Positions 29,226 to 37,706 of a stretch of DNA of 64,000 nucleotides are shown piece by piece; the stretch's first letter is position 1; the number at the start of each line of letters is the position of its first letter. This DNA is from Thermomicrobiales bacterium (lineage in GTDB: Bacteria; Chloroflexota; Chloroflexia; Thermomicrobiales; JALYUS01), in NCBI GenBank assembly GCA_038231255.1, contig JBBRLR010000010.1, forward strand, positions 8,989 through 72,988, given 5' to 3'. Made by a program: the position numbers and the translations under genes. Under the pieces are notes generated by a model. That model was not told the origin of the DNA and made no database searches. It saw nothing but the letters and a program-made list of their open reading frames with translations.

Positions 29226-31604
29226 CTACCCCAGCACGACGCTATAGTTCGTGAACACGACATCTGCCGGGCCGTTCGTTCCGCCGCCACCGACGAATCC
29301 GAATGCACCCTGCGTCCAGATATCACCGATGTCCACCCGCGTCACCGTCTGGCCGTTCACCGCGAAGGCGAACTTCGTCCCATCAATGGTGACGCGCAGC
29401 GAATTCGCGCCGTTCACCTTGATCGCGGGGCTTGCTCCGGCTGTCCCAACCGCGTGGAGGCTACCGTTGACGCGCGCGAACGCACCGTACAGTCCATCGT
29501 TGGCGATCACGAAGAGCAGGTAGTTATCCTTGTCCAGCCGCCGCACTTCCATGCCCATCAGGGCGTCGTCCGCACCGCCTGTTTTTCGCACCTGCACCTC
29601 GTACGTCTCACTTGCCGCGCGCTGGACGAAGCGGGGATAGGTGACGGGCGTCAGGCTGCCGGTGTCTGCGTGGACGCGGTACTCACCGTTCTGGTAGCCC
29701 GGCGCGGGCAGGCCGCTGGTGGACGAAGCGAAATTGTCCGTGAAGGTCACACCCGCCGTCATCGGCGTGCCGACGAGCGTCGGCACGGTCGGCGCGGCGC
29801 TCGGGGCGGGGCGGGTACTGCCACTCTGCGGCACAGCGTCGAGAAAGAGTAGGCCCACGCCGGAAATGTTGTCGCCGGCGAGCGATCCTTGCGGCTTGCG
29901 CGCGTGGTCGGCGAAGAAGCGGAAGGTCGCATCCGGTGTCGCATTCGGCACCGCTTGTTTGTAGAGTGCTGCCGCCCCCGCGACATGGGGCGTCGCCGCG
30001 CTCGTGCCGGGGAAGGATGGATTGCCCGCACTCGCGTAGGCGAAACTGGAGTTGTTGTCCGGCCCGCTGATTTCCGGCTTCTTGCGCCCGTCCATCGTCG
30101 TGCCCTGGGACGAATATTCCTCGACCTTACCCGTCTTTACATCAACCGCCGCGATGGTGAACGCGCCCTTCGCGTCGGCGGGTGTGGAAAGGCTGTTCGC
30201 CGCCGTCACCTGCTCGAACTGCGACCCGCCGAAGAAGAGATTGAAGGGAAGGTCGGGGTCGTTCGGGTTAACTTTCTTCACCTTGAGCAGATACGTGCCC
30301 CGCGCCACCTTGCCACGGATCGCCTCGACGGGCGACTTCCCGGTGCGCGCCTGATTGTCGTCGCTGCGGGCCACCTCCTTGCCCGCCATGTCGTACAGGA
30401 AGAGATCGTAGTTGACGTGCGGCCGCTGCCAGTCATCCCAATTGAGGATGATGCGGAATGGTTCGGTGCCGGTCTTCACTTGCAGACCATTCTTCTGCTT
30501 CGCGCCGGCAAAATCGTGGAAGCCGTCGCCGTCGCCGTCCGCGAAAGTCGCGCCGAAGTGTCCTTCCGCGCCATCCGAGCCGAAGATGCCGCTCGCCTCG
30601 TTACCCGCCGAGATGGCGAAAAAGACGCCCGCCGCTTTCGCCCGGTCAATCTCCTGCGCCAGCGGGCCGGAGCCGTCGAGCGGGAAGCGACCGTCGAAGC
30701 CGATCGAGGTGCTAATCACCGAAACGCCGACCGTCCCGACGAGCCAGCGGATCGCCGTCACGAACTCGCCCGGTGTATCGAAGGCGGTGAGGTAGATTTC
30801 GGCGTCCGGGGCCATCTCCGCGACGATCTCGGCGCAGGCCGTGCCGTGGATCGCCTCCGCCTCCTCCGGGTCCTCGATCAACCCATCCGTGCGGAAGGAC
30901 TTGGTCGTCACCTTCACGCCGCCGAGGAACTGCTGATAGTTGTTGAACGCGCCATCAATGATGCCAATCTTGACGCCCTTGCCGGTGATGCCCGCCGCCT
31001 GCCATTTGTCCGCGCCCGTCAGCGCAACGCCCTCGCTCTTCGCGCCCTGCGCGCTGCGCGTGCCCGACCCGGCGGGTGGTGTCACCGAAGGTGTCATGGT
31101 CGGCGTGCGCTTGATGTCTCGGACGTGCGGGAAATCGGCGAGATCGGCGAAGAAATTCCGCTTGTTCGCCTGCTTGCCGTACTCCATCAGCGTTTGCGCC
31201 GGGACGACGAATTCCAGTTGATTACCCATCGTCGCCGTCACACGCCCGCCGAGCCGCCCGACGGAAAGCGCGGTGCTGTCCGCGACGGCCGGATCGTCGC
31301 TATCCAGAATGAGCGTGACGCGCACCTCGTCCTGTTTGGTGACAAGGCCCTGATCGCGCGCGAACTGCTTGGCGGCGTCCACGCCCTGCGACTGGTAAAT
31401 GGCGATCAGTTGGAGGAAAATCTTGTCTACTTTGTCGAGATTCTGCCCGCCCGTCGGGTTGCCCGTCGCCGCCGGGAGGCCGGGCGCGCCGCTCCCCGCT
31501 TGCGGTGTGGATGTCGCCTTCGACCCACCGCATGCTGCGAGCAGCAGCACGAGCAGCATCGGCACGATGACGCCCCGCGTTTTCGCATTGACCCCACTCG
31601 CCAT
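29226..31604 (-). CDS. S8 (subtilisin-like) serine peptidase, lipoprotein
   Basis: Lipobox LLLAAC|GG, catalytic His context HGTACAEIV, Ser context GTSAATPHVAGAAALY and a large C-terminal beta-rich extension. Confidence 0.9.
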   Translation of the reverse strand: MASGVNAKTRGVIVPMLLVLLLAACGGSKATSTPQAGSGAPGLPAATGNPTGGQNLDKVDKIFLQLIAIYQSQGVDAAKQFARDQGLVTKQDEVRVTLILDSDDPAVADSTALSVGRLGGRVTATMGNQLEFVVPAQTLMEYGKQANKRNFFADLADFPHVRDIKRTPTMTPSVTPPAGSGTRSAQGAKSEGVALTGADKWQAAGITGKGVKIGIIDGAFNNYQQFLGGVKVTTKSFRTDGLIEDPEEAEAIHGTACAEIVAEMAPDAEIYLTAFDTPGEFVTAIRWLVGTVGVSVISTSIGFDGRFPLDGSGPLAQEIDRAKAAGVFFAISAGNEASGIFGSDGAEGHFGATFADGDGDGFHDFAGAKQKNGLQVKTGTEPFRIILNWDDWQRPHVNYDLFLYDMAGKEVARSDDNQARTGKSPVEAIRGKVARGTYLLKVKKVNPNDPDLPFNLFFGGSQFEQVTAANSLSTPADAKGAFTIAAVDVKTGKVEEYSSQGTTMDGRKKPEISGPDNNSSFAYASAGNPSFPGTSAATPHVAGAAALYKQAVPNATPDATFRFFADHARKPQGSLAGDNISGVGLLFLDAVPQSGSTRPAPSAAPTVPTLVGTPMTAGVTFTDNFASSTSGLPAPGYQNGEYRVHADTGSLTPVTYPRFVQRAASETYEVQVRKTGGADDALMGMEVRRLDKDNYLLFVIANDGLYGAFARVNGSLHAVGTAGASPAIKVNGANSLRVTIDGTKFAFAVNGQTVTRVDIGDIWTQGAFGFVGGGGTNGPADVVFTNYSVVLG

Positions 31605-31755
31605 CCTGCCTCCCGTTCAGCACTGTCATCAAGGCCCGGCTACCGGCGTCACGACCCACATGCTCCCATGAGTATCGGGAACTGCGTATCGAAAAGCAAT
31701 CCTGCCCGAACGCAAGGTCGGGCAGGAAGATCACCGGAGGATTATCGCGGAGCGT

Positions 31756-32490
31756 TTACTGGCTGCTCGCATAGTATGGTGGCGAGACGACCGCGCCTTC
31801 GTCTTCGCGGACGCGCAGGGGGTTGCGGCGCGCGTGTGCGTAATTGATCGGCGTTACCTGCGCCATCGGGCGGCGCGGGGCGACGGCGGGCATCGTGTCG
31901 AAGTGCATCCCGTATTCCTGCTGCGGCATCGGCGCGCGCTCGGGCCGCGCGCCACGGCGATACGAGGTATAGGGCCCCTGCGGTGCGAATGGCAGTGGCA
32001 GTTCGTTCGCGACATAGAGGAGCAAGGCGCCGACGAGGGCGACGACGAGATACGCGAGCGCCTGTGGAAGCGCACTGCCACCCCGGATTAGTAGCACCAG
32101 CACCGCCTCGACGACTAGCAGGACGACCATCGCGCAGCGGATCGGCACAATACGCGCGCTCGGCGTCAGCCAGCGCGTCACCGCGCCACCGCACCAGAAC
32201 ACAAAAGTGATCAGCCATGCGCCGCCGACCCCCGGCGTCGCGAGCAGATACAGGCTACCGATGAGGAAGACGATGGCGAACGGGAGATCGAAGCGCACTA
32301 GCCGCGACTGCTGCTCCGCGAAATCGCGCGGGCCGGGCGGCAGGACGACGATTCGCCGCACCACCGCGCGCGACTCCGCCGGGCCGGGCGGTCGGACGAG
32401 CACAAATCGCCACAGCCGACCGAGCACCGCGACTCCCGCCACTGTCAGGAATGCTATGCTCACGAGCATGACGATTGTCCGTCCGATCAT
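31756..32490 (-). CDS. hypothetical membrane protein
   Basis: From ATG 32490: about 5 TM helices and a Pro/Arg-rich C-terminal tail. No motif recognised. Confidence 0.45.
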   Translation of the reverse strand: MIGRTIVMLVSIAFLTVAGVAVLGRLWRFVLVRPPGPAESRAVVRRIVVLPPGPRDFAEQQSRLVRFDLPFAIVFLIGSLYLLATPGVGGAWLITFVFWCGGAVTRWLTPSARIVPIRCAMVVLLVVEAVLVLLIRGGSALPQALAYLVVALVGALLLYVANELPLPFAPQGPYTSYRRGARPERAPMPQQEYGMHFDTMPAVAPRRPMAQVTPINYAHARRNPLRVREDEGAVVSPPYYASSQ

Positions 32491-32682
32491 GACCCCTACC
32501 CCTTCCCCATCGACCGCAAAATTGCCCGCGTGCATAGAACGTACACACAGTGTAAACGTGTACGTACAGGCTGTCAAGTATCCGCGTGCAGTTGAGTAGT
32601 TTTCGTAGGATTCGCTTATTCTGTTGTGGGTTGGGGAGTGCGCCACTATATCCTGAGAAGTAGCATCGATCGTATAGCGATG

Positions 32683-32797
32683 CGGATAGGAGTTACGGAG
32701 TTCGCGAGAGAAGTCTGGTGGTGATGGGCTTTAGCCTGCCACAGAGAAGCAGGCTAAAGCCCATCACCACCAGGGAATCGCCCCAACTGCGTATCTC
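32683..32797. repeat. long palindromic element, family 2, copy 2
   Basis: ggataggagttacggagttcgcgagag..ctggtggtgatgggctttagcctgcc-acagagaag-caggctaaagcccatcaccaccag..ccccaactgcgtatctc. The central stem is about 25 bp. Confidence 0.75.
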
Positions 32798-32860
32798 GGC
32801 GCTGCGAGATTTATTGCGCTCGTGCGATAGCCACGTCGCGTTTGTTCGACCTGACACATA

Positions 32861-33187
32861 CTACGGCTCGATTTTCGGGCGCAGCATCAACGCTTCGACG
32901 AACGTCCTGACTCCCTCGTTCCCGGTGAGGTGCAGCCAGATTGCCCCATGATTCGGCTCGAACACCAGCCCAAAGGTGAAGAAAGGACAACATTCTCGCT
33001 CGTGAATGATGAATTCCATCAGGGCATTCGCCCGCGCATCGTCGCCGGGAAAGCGCAGTGCATAGCCATCGGGCAGTTCGCGCCGCTCGTCGTAACCCTC
33101 AAAAATCGTTCGCCCCATGCCGCCCTGCCATGCCCTTTGCTCCTTGGCGGTCAGCGTGCAGGCGATGGGTAGTTCCGTGTGTGTCAT
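32861..33187 (-). CDS. small conserved hypothetical protein with an ERECCPFF motif (MerR-divergent target gene)
   Basis: 108 aa with paired cysteines in HERECCPFFTF. Transcribed divergently from the MerR gene behind a 19-bp-spacer promoter. Confidence 0.5.
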   Translation of the reverse strand: MTHTELPIACTLTAKEQRAWQGGMGRTIFEGYDERRELPDGYALRFPGDDARANALMEFIIHERECCPFFTFGLVFEPNHGAIWLHLTGNEGVRTFVEALMLRPKIEP

Positions 33188-33238
33188 GTTTCATCCGTCC
33201 TTTCCCTATCGAGGGCACCCGCGTGCCCCGTTAGTGAT

Positions 33239-33269
33239 ACGATAGAACTTCAAGTGGGCTTGAAGTCAA
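33239..33269 (-). promoter_or_regulatory. MerR-type promoter (TTGACT-N19-TATCGT) with the operator dyad ACTTCAAG-N4-CTTGAAGT
   Basis: The minus strand has -35 TTGACT (33269-33264), a 19-nt spacer and -10 TATCGT (33244-33239). The perfect 8+8 dyad at 33247-33266 fills the spacer and resembles SoxR/CueR-type boxes. Confidence 0.55.
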
Positions 33270-33280
33270 GGGAAACGACA

Positions 33281-33682
33281 TTGACGCCACCCGATCTCAC
33301 CATCACGGACATTGCGCGGCGCGCGGGCATCCGCCCCTCCGCCATCCGTTACTACGAGAGCATCGGCATACTCCCGCCACCGTCACGGGTGAATGGCCGC
33401 CGCCGATACGACGCGGGCGTCTTGCAGCGCCTGATGATTATCGGCACGGCGCAGCAGATGGGCTTCACCATCGCGGAGATCCACACGCTCCTGCACGGCT
33501 TCAGTGCGGAAACGCCCGCTTGGGCGCGCTGGCAAATGCTCGCGAAGGGGAAGTTGCCGGAGGTTGATGCGCTGATCGGCAAAGCGCAAAGGATGAAGCG
33601 CCTCCTCGAGGCATCGCTCGCGTGCGACTGCCTGACACTTGAAGAATGTGCCGCGACCCTGCAAACCACGCCGTCATCGTGA
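33281..33682 (+). CDS. MerR family transcriptional regulator
   Basis: HTH LTITDIARRAGIRPSAIRYYESIGIL..RRRYD, a coiled-coil region and C-terminal cysteines (ACDCLTLEEC). A TTG start at 33281 is proposed because the ORF-track start at 33179 would overlap the operator and the divergent gene. Confidence 0.75.
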   Translation: MTPPDLTITDIARRAGIRPSAIRYYESIGILPPPSRVNGRRRYDAGVLQRLMIIGTAQQMGFTIAEIHTLLHGFSAETPAWARWQMLAKGKLPEVDALIGKAQRMKRLLEASLACDCLTLEECAATLQTTPSS

Positions 33683-33707
33683 GATGACACCCCAGCCATC
33701 GTCTTGC

Positions 33708-33926
33708 TCATGCGGCGTCGCGCTGCGTCCACCACCGGCGCAGCGCCACCATCGCCCAGACCGCCTCGACCACGCCGAAGGGCCAAGCGCCGATAAGCCA
33801 GCCATAGGTCGAGGATGCGGCGCAGGCGCAGGCGAAGACGAGGAGCCACCAGGCGGATCGGCGTTCGAGTGCGTAGGAGACCATCATTATCGTCACCGCG
33901 ACCGCGCCGAACAGAGTGAGCGCCAT
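33708..33926 (-). CDS. small two-helix membrane protein, translationally coupled to the FHA-ABC gene
   Basis: The ATG at 33926 overlaps the upstream TGA (TGATG). 72 aa: MALTLFGAVAVTIMMVSYALERRSAWWLLVFACACAASSTYGWLIGAWPFGVVEAVWAMVALRRWW. Confidence 0.5.
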   Translation of the reverse strand: MALTLFGAVAVTIMMVSYALERRSAWWLLVFACACAASSTYGWLIGAWPFGVVEAVWAMVALRRWWTQRDAA

Positions 33927-36490
33927 CAGGCGAGGCGCGGTTCGGGGACGACGGCCTGCGGGCGCAGTTTCACCAGTTGCCGCTCCACATCCTTGCGCCG
34001 GAGCGCCCAGACGGTGATGCCGAGCGAGACGACCACCATCACGAGCAAGATCAGGACGCTCGGCCACGCGCCGATGTAGAAGGGTTCTTTGACATTAGCG
34101 TTGTTCTGGCCGGCCTCCATTCGCGCTGCCGCGTTGACGACGGCGCCAACGCCGGACGCCTGCCCGACTGCCTGCACGCCCCAGTTCCCCGCCACGAACC
34201 ACGAAAGAATTTTGCCCACGACCGGCAAATCCGCCACTTTGATCAGCGTGCCGGAGAAGATGATCTGCGGAATCAGCACAATCGGCACGATGCTCGCAGC
34301 GCGATCCGGGTTCGCGACGAAGGCGGAGAGCAGCATTCCGAGCGCCACCCCGGCGAGTGAGACGGCGATCAGCGTCACGTACGCCTTGATCCACGATCCG
34401 CCAATCGGTTCGAGCCGGGACGGGGTACCGACGATTTTCTGCAGGCGGTACGGCGACAGCACGCCGAGGATGCCGAGGAGCAGCAGGTTCTGGACGAGGC
34501 ACAGGCCCATCAGCACGACGAACTTCGAGGCGAGGTACGGGCCGAGGCGGAGGTTCACCATCCGCTCGCGCCGGAAGATACTCGCCTCCTTGACGATCTC
34601 CCGCGCGGAGTTGGAAACGCCGAACCAGAGCGCGACGACGACGATCAGCGTCGTGAGGGTGGAGGCCTGGTTCGGTCGCCAACTCAGCCCGGTCGGCTGG
34701 CCGATGACGTTGGTTTCGATCAGCACCGTGAAGACATTGCGACCGTAGGTCATCCCCAACAGTAGCGCGATGATCGGCGCTTGCAGGAGCAGGATGGCGA
34801 GGTTGCGGCTGTCCTTGAGGATCGTCGCGACATAGCGCGCGGTCAGGGTTCGGAACTGGCTGAGCGACTGCGCCCGCTGCAGTTTCTGATCCGGCCGGAC
34901 GGCGGGCGGCGGCAATCCTCGCTGTCGCCCTTGCGCGGCGAGCGCCCGACCGATGCGCGCGTCCACATACCGCGCATGGTAGGGCGATTCGGCATACCGC
35001 CGCGCCCATTCCTCCGGCGCGCCCGGCTGCCCGAGAATCACGTAGATGTCCGCGAACGTTTCGACGCCGAAAAACACCAACGCCTTGCGCGGTGGCCCGA
35101 AAAAGGCGAGCCAGCCGCCGGGGGCCACGAAGACGACCTTGTCGCAGAGTGTTACATTCTGCGTCGCGTGGGTAACGAGGATCACCGTCTTACCGGTGTC
35201 CGCCACCTTGCGCATCAGTTGCATCATCCGCGTTTCGAGCCCCGGATCGAGGCCGGAGGTCGGCTCGTCGAGGAAGAAGAGCGTCGGCTCGGTCAGCAGC
35301 TCGACGCCGATCGAGACGCGCTTGCGCTGCCCGCCGGAAAGGCGATGGATCTCGACATCCTTGCGCGCCGTCAGTTCCATCAAATCCATCGCGCGCTCGA
35401 CGCGAGCCTGAATCTCCTCGGGCCGGGTGTCGTGCGGCAAACGGAGGCGGGCGGCGTAGGTGAGCGCCTGCCCGACGGTCAGGTACATCGGCACGATGTC
35501 TTCCTGCGGCACATAGCCGATCAGGGCGCGGAACTCGGCCATATTCGCGTAGGAATCCGTGCCGTTGTAGAGCACCTCGCCGTGCGAGGCGGGGCGGACA
35601 CCGCTGATCGCGTCCAGCAGCGTGGACTTGCCCGCGCCCGATCCGCCGACGATGCAGACAAATTCCCTGGGCAATATCGAGAAGGCGATGTCCCGCAGCA
35701 GGAGGACATGCTCGCCGACCTCCTGCGTGATGTTGATCGCGTCGAGGCGGATCTGATCGTGCTGCTGGCGGAGCGCACCCTGCGCGAACAGGAAGCGGAA
35801 CGGTCCGATCTGCACCCGTGCGCCCTCCGGCAGCGCCGCCTCGCGCAGCCGCTCGCCATTGACGTAGACGCCGTTCGTGCTGTTCAGGTCGCTGATCACG
35901 TACTGCGAACCGTTCCAGCGCACCTGCGCGTGGCGGCGGGAGACCTGCGGATGATCCAGTACGAGGTCGTTTTCACCCGCGCGGCCAATCGTCGCCAGTT
36001 CCTTGCCGTAGAGCATCAAGGAGGCGGCGATGCCACCCTCGTCATCGGCGTTGTTCGGCGCACCGTCAGCGGAGGTCGTGCTCTTCGTCGCAACCGAGCG
36101 CGGCAATCCCCCCTCGATGCGCGTCTCCTGCCGCAAACGGGTGGGGTCAACCCGCTGCTCCGTGTCCACCGAGAAAAGGAGCAGATACTGGCCGAGTTGG
36201 ACGAGGTCGCCCGGCTTGAGCGGCGCACTCTGCGCGGGCTGACCATTGACACGCATGCCGTTCGCGCTGCCGAGATCGCGTGCATAGTACAGGCCGTCGC
36301 TGCTGCGAGCGATCTCCATGTGCTTGCGGCTGATCCAGTCGTCCTTGATGACAATCGTGTTGCCGTCGGCCCGCCCGACCGTCACCGGGCCGGCATCGAG
36401 CGGCACCACCTGCTGCTCCCCATCCGGGCGCCGCACCGTGATCCGCGCGATAGAGGCAGCCGGAATCCCCGGCGATGCAAACCGATCCAC
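33926..36490 (-). CDS. FHA-FHA-ABC transporter fusion (ATPase plus ABC-2/ABCG-type permease), Rv1747-like
   Basis: 854 aa. Two FHA domains (VTVGRADGNTIVIKDDWISRKHMEI..GSANGMRVNG and ATIGRAGENDLVLDHPQVSRRHAQV..NSTNGVYVNG). Walker A GGSGAGKST, signature LSGGQRKR, Walker B LFFLDEPTSGLD and six C-terminal TM helices. Confidence 0.85.
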   Translation of the reverse strand: MDRFASPGIPAASIARITVRRPDGEQQVVPLDAGPVTVGRADGNTIVIKDDWISRKHMEIARSSDGLYYARDLGSANGMRVNGQPAQSAPLKPGDLVQLGQYLLLFSVDTEQRVDPTRLRQETRIEGGLPRSVATKSTTSADGAPNNADDEGGIAASLMLYGKELATIGRAGENDLVLDHPQVSRRHAQVRWNGSQYVISDLNSTNGVYVNGERLREAALPEGARVQIGPFRFLFAQGALRQQHDQIRLDAINITQEVGEHVLLLRDIAFSILPREFVCIVGGSGAGKSTLLDAISGVRPASHGEVLYNGTDSYANMAEFRALIGYVPQEDIVPMYLTVGQALTYAARLRLPHDTRPEEIQARVERAMDLMELTARKDVEIHRLSGGQRKRVSIGVELLTEPTLFFLDEPTSGLDPGLETRMMQLMRKVADTGKTVILVTHATQNVTLCDKVVFVAPGGWLAFFGPPRKALVFFGVETFADIYVILGQPGAPEEWARRYAESPYHARYVDARIGRALAAQGRQRGLPPPAVRPDQKLQRAQSLSQFRTLTARYVATILKDSRNLAILLLQAPIIALLLGMTYGRNVFTVLIETNVIGQPTGLSWRPNQASTLTTLIVVVALWFGVSNSAREIVKEASIFRRERMVNLRLGPYLASKFVVLMGLCLVQNLLLLGILGVLSPYRLQKIVGTPSRLEPIGGSWIKAYVTLIAVSLAGVALGMLLSAFVANPDRAASIVPIVLIPQIIFSGTLIKVADLPVVGKILSWFVAGNWGVQAVGQASGVGAVVNAAARMEAGQNNANVKEPFYIGAWPSVLILLVMVVVSLGITVWALRRKDVERQLVKLRPQAVVPEPRLA

Positions 36491-36581
36491 CTGATTCCCG
36501 CTCCCCTCCCCGGCGCCGCCGAGGTTTCACATCGAATCGTCCCGTGGCAATGAAGCAACGATGCAATGATGACGTGTGCGC

Positions 36582-37703
36582 TCAGTATATCGCGCGCATC
36601 ACGTCTGGCAGGTCAAACGGCCCCGAGGCACGCGCGGTTCCATCGCCTTCCTCTTGAACGACCGGCAACGCGGTCGCGTGACGGACAAAGAGGCGTACGG
36701 CGGCGCCCGGTTCGCTCTCCATCGTCTTCGGCGCGGTGACGCGCAGCGCGAGCGTGCCAACGCGGACCATGTAGCTCGCATGGTCACCGAGATACGTCCG
36801 GCTGGCAATTTCGCCCAATGTGCCCGATGCCCCGCCTGCATCGGGAGTGAGCGCGATGTCTTCCGGGCGAATGACCGCGCTGAACGACGGCGCGGGCGGC
36901 GCGAGCGGCACCACGAGATCGGGTGCGCCGATGGCCCGCACCACGCCGCCGTCGTCCACCGCATCGAGCAGGTTGACCGCGCCGACGAACGCGGCGACGA
37001 AGCGGGTGGCGGGCTGCTCGTAAATCATGCGCGGCGTGCCGACCTGCTCGATTGCCCCGGCGCGCATCACCGCGACGCGGTCGGAGAGCGCCATCGCCTC
37101 ATCCTGATCGTGCGTGACGAATAGGACCGTCGTGCCGACCGATTGCTGCACGCGGCGAATCTCGGCGCGCAGTTCCTCGCGCAGTTTGGCATCGAGGTTG
37201 GAGAGCGGTTCGTCCAGCAGCAGGATATCCGGCTCCCCAACGAGCGCGCGGGCGAGCGCTCCCCGCTGCTGCTGCCCGCCGGAAAGTTCGTGCGGGTACC
37301 GCTCCGCCAATCCGTCGAGGGCGACGAGACTGAGCAGATCGCGCACGCGGGCCGCGCGCTGTTGTGGGAGCACACGGCGCAATTTGAGCGGATAGCCGAC
37401 ATTCGCGGCGAGCGTCATGTGCGGCCAAAGGGCGTACGATTGGAAGACCATGCCGAGGTTTCGCTTGTTCGGCGGCACGAACCGCCTCCGCGCCACGTCC
37501 GCCACAACCCGCCCACCAATGGCGATGACGCCACTCGTCGGCGGTATCAGCCCCGCCACCATATGCAATGTCGTCGTCTTGCCGCAGCCGGACGGCCCGA
37601 GCAGCGTCACGAACTCACCGTCCGCCACCGCGAGATCCACCCCCCGCACCGCGACCGCGTCACCGTACCACTTCGTCACTCCGGCCAACGTCACTTCAGC
37701 CAT
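36582..37703 (-). CDS. ABC importer ATP-binding protein (FbpC/PotA-like)
   Basis: Walker A GPSGCGKTT, LSGGQQQR, LLLDEPLSNLD and a C-terminal TOBE-like regulatory domain. Confidence 0.9.
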   Translation of the reverse strand: MAEVTLAGVTKWYGDAVAVRGVDLAVADGEFVTLLGPSGCGKTTTLHMVAGLIPPTSGVIAIGGRVVADVARRRFVPPNKRNLGMVFQSYALWPHMTLAANVGYPLKLRRVLPQQRAARVRDLLSLVALDGLAERYPHELSGGQQQRGALARALVGEPDILLLDEPLSNLDAKLREELRAEIRRVQQSVGTTVLFVTHDQDEAMALSDRVAVMRAGAIEQVGTPRMIYEQPATRFVAAFVGAVNLLDAVDDGGVVRAIGAPDLVVPLAPPAPSFSAVIRPEDIALTPDAGGASGTLGEIASRTYLGDHASYMVRVGTLALRVTAPKTMESEPGAAVRLFVRHATALPVVQEEGDGTARASGPFDLPDVMRAIY

Positions 37704-37706
37704 GCG

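Noticed and set aside
29889-31847. 652-aa plus-strand ORF opposite the S8 peptidase. Similar long shadow ORFs occur at 1737-3125, 21940-23238, 34781-36553, 53940-55253, 59043-60365 and 17432-18580.
   Set aside because: All are antisense or out of frame relative to genes with clear catalytic motifs, and all have extreme Arg/Gly/Ala/Pro bias. They are rejected as artefacts of high G+C.
20383-32797. The two family-2 palindromes start exactly 12,300 nt apart (20383 and 32683), hinting at a composite element
   Set aside because: The intervening genes (polA, parA, the response regulator, the S8 peptidase and others) are ordinary host-composition genes. The copies are in the same orientation, with no transposase between them. 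The spacing is treated as coincidence.
33179-33280. The ORF-track start of the MerR gene at 33179
   Set aside because: It would make the coding sequence overlap the divergent gene's start and run through the promoter and operator. The HTH begins right after the TTG at 33281.
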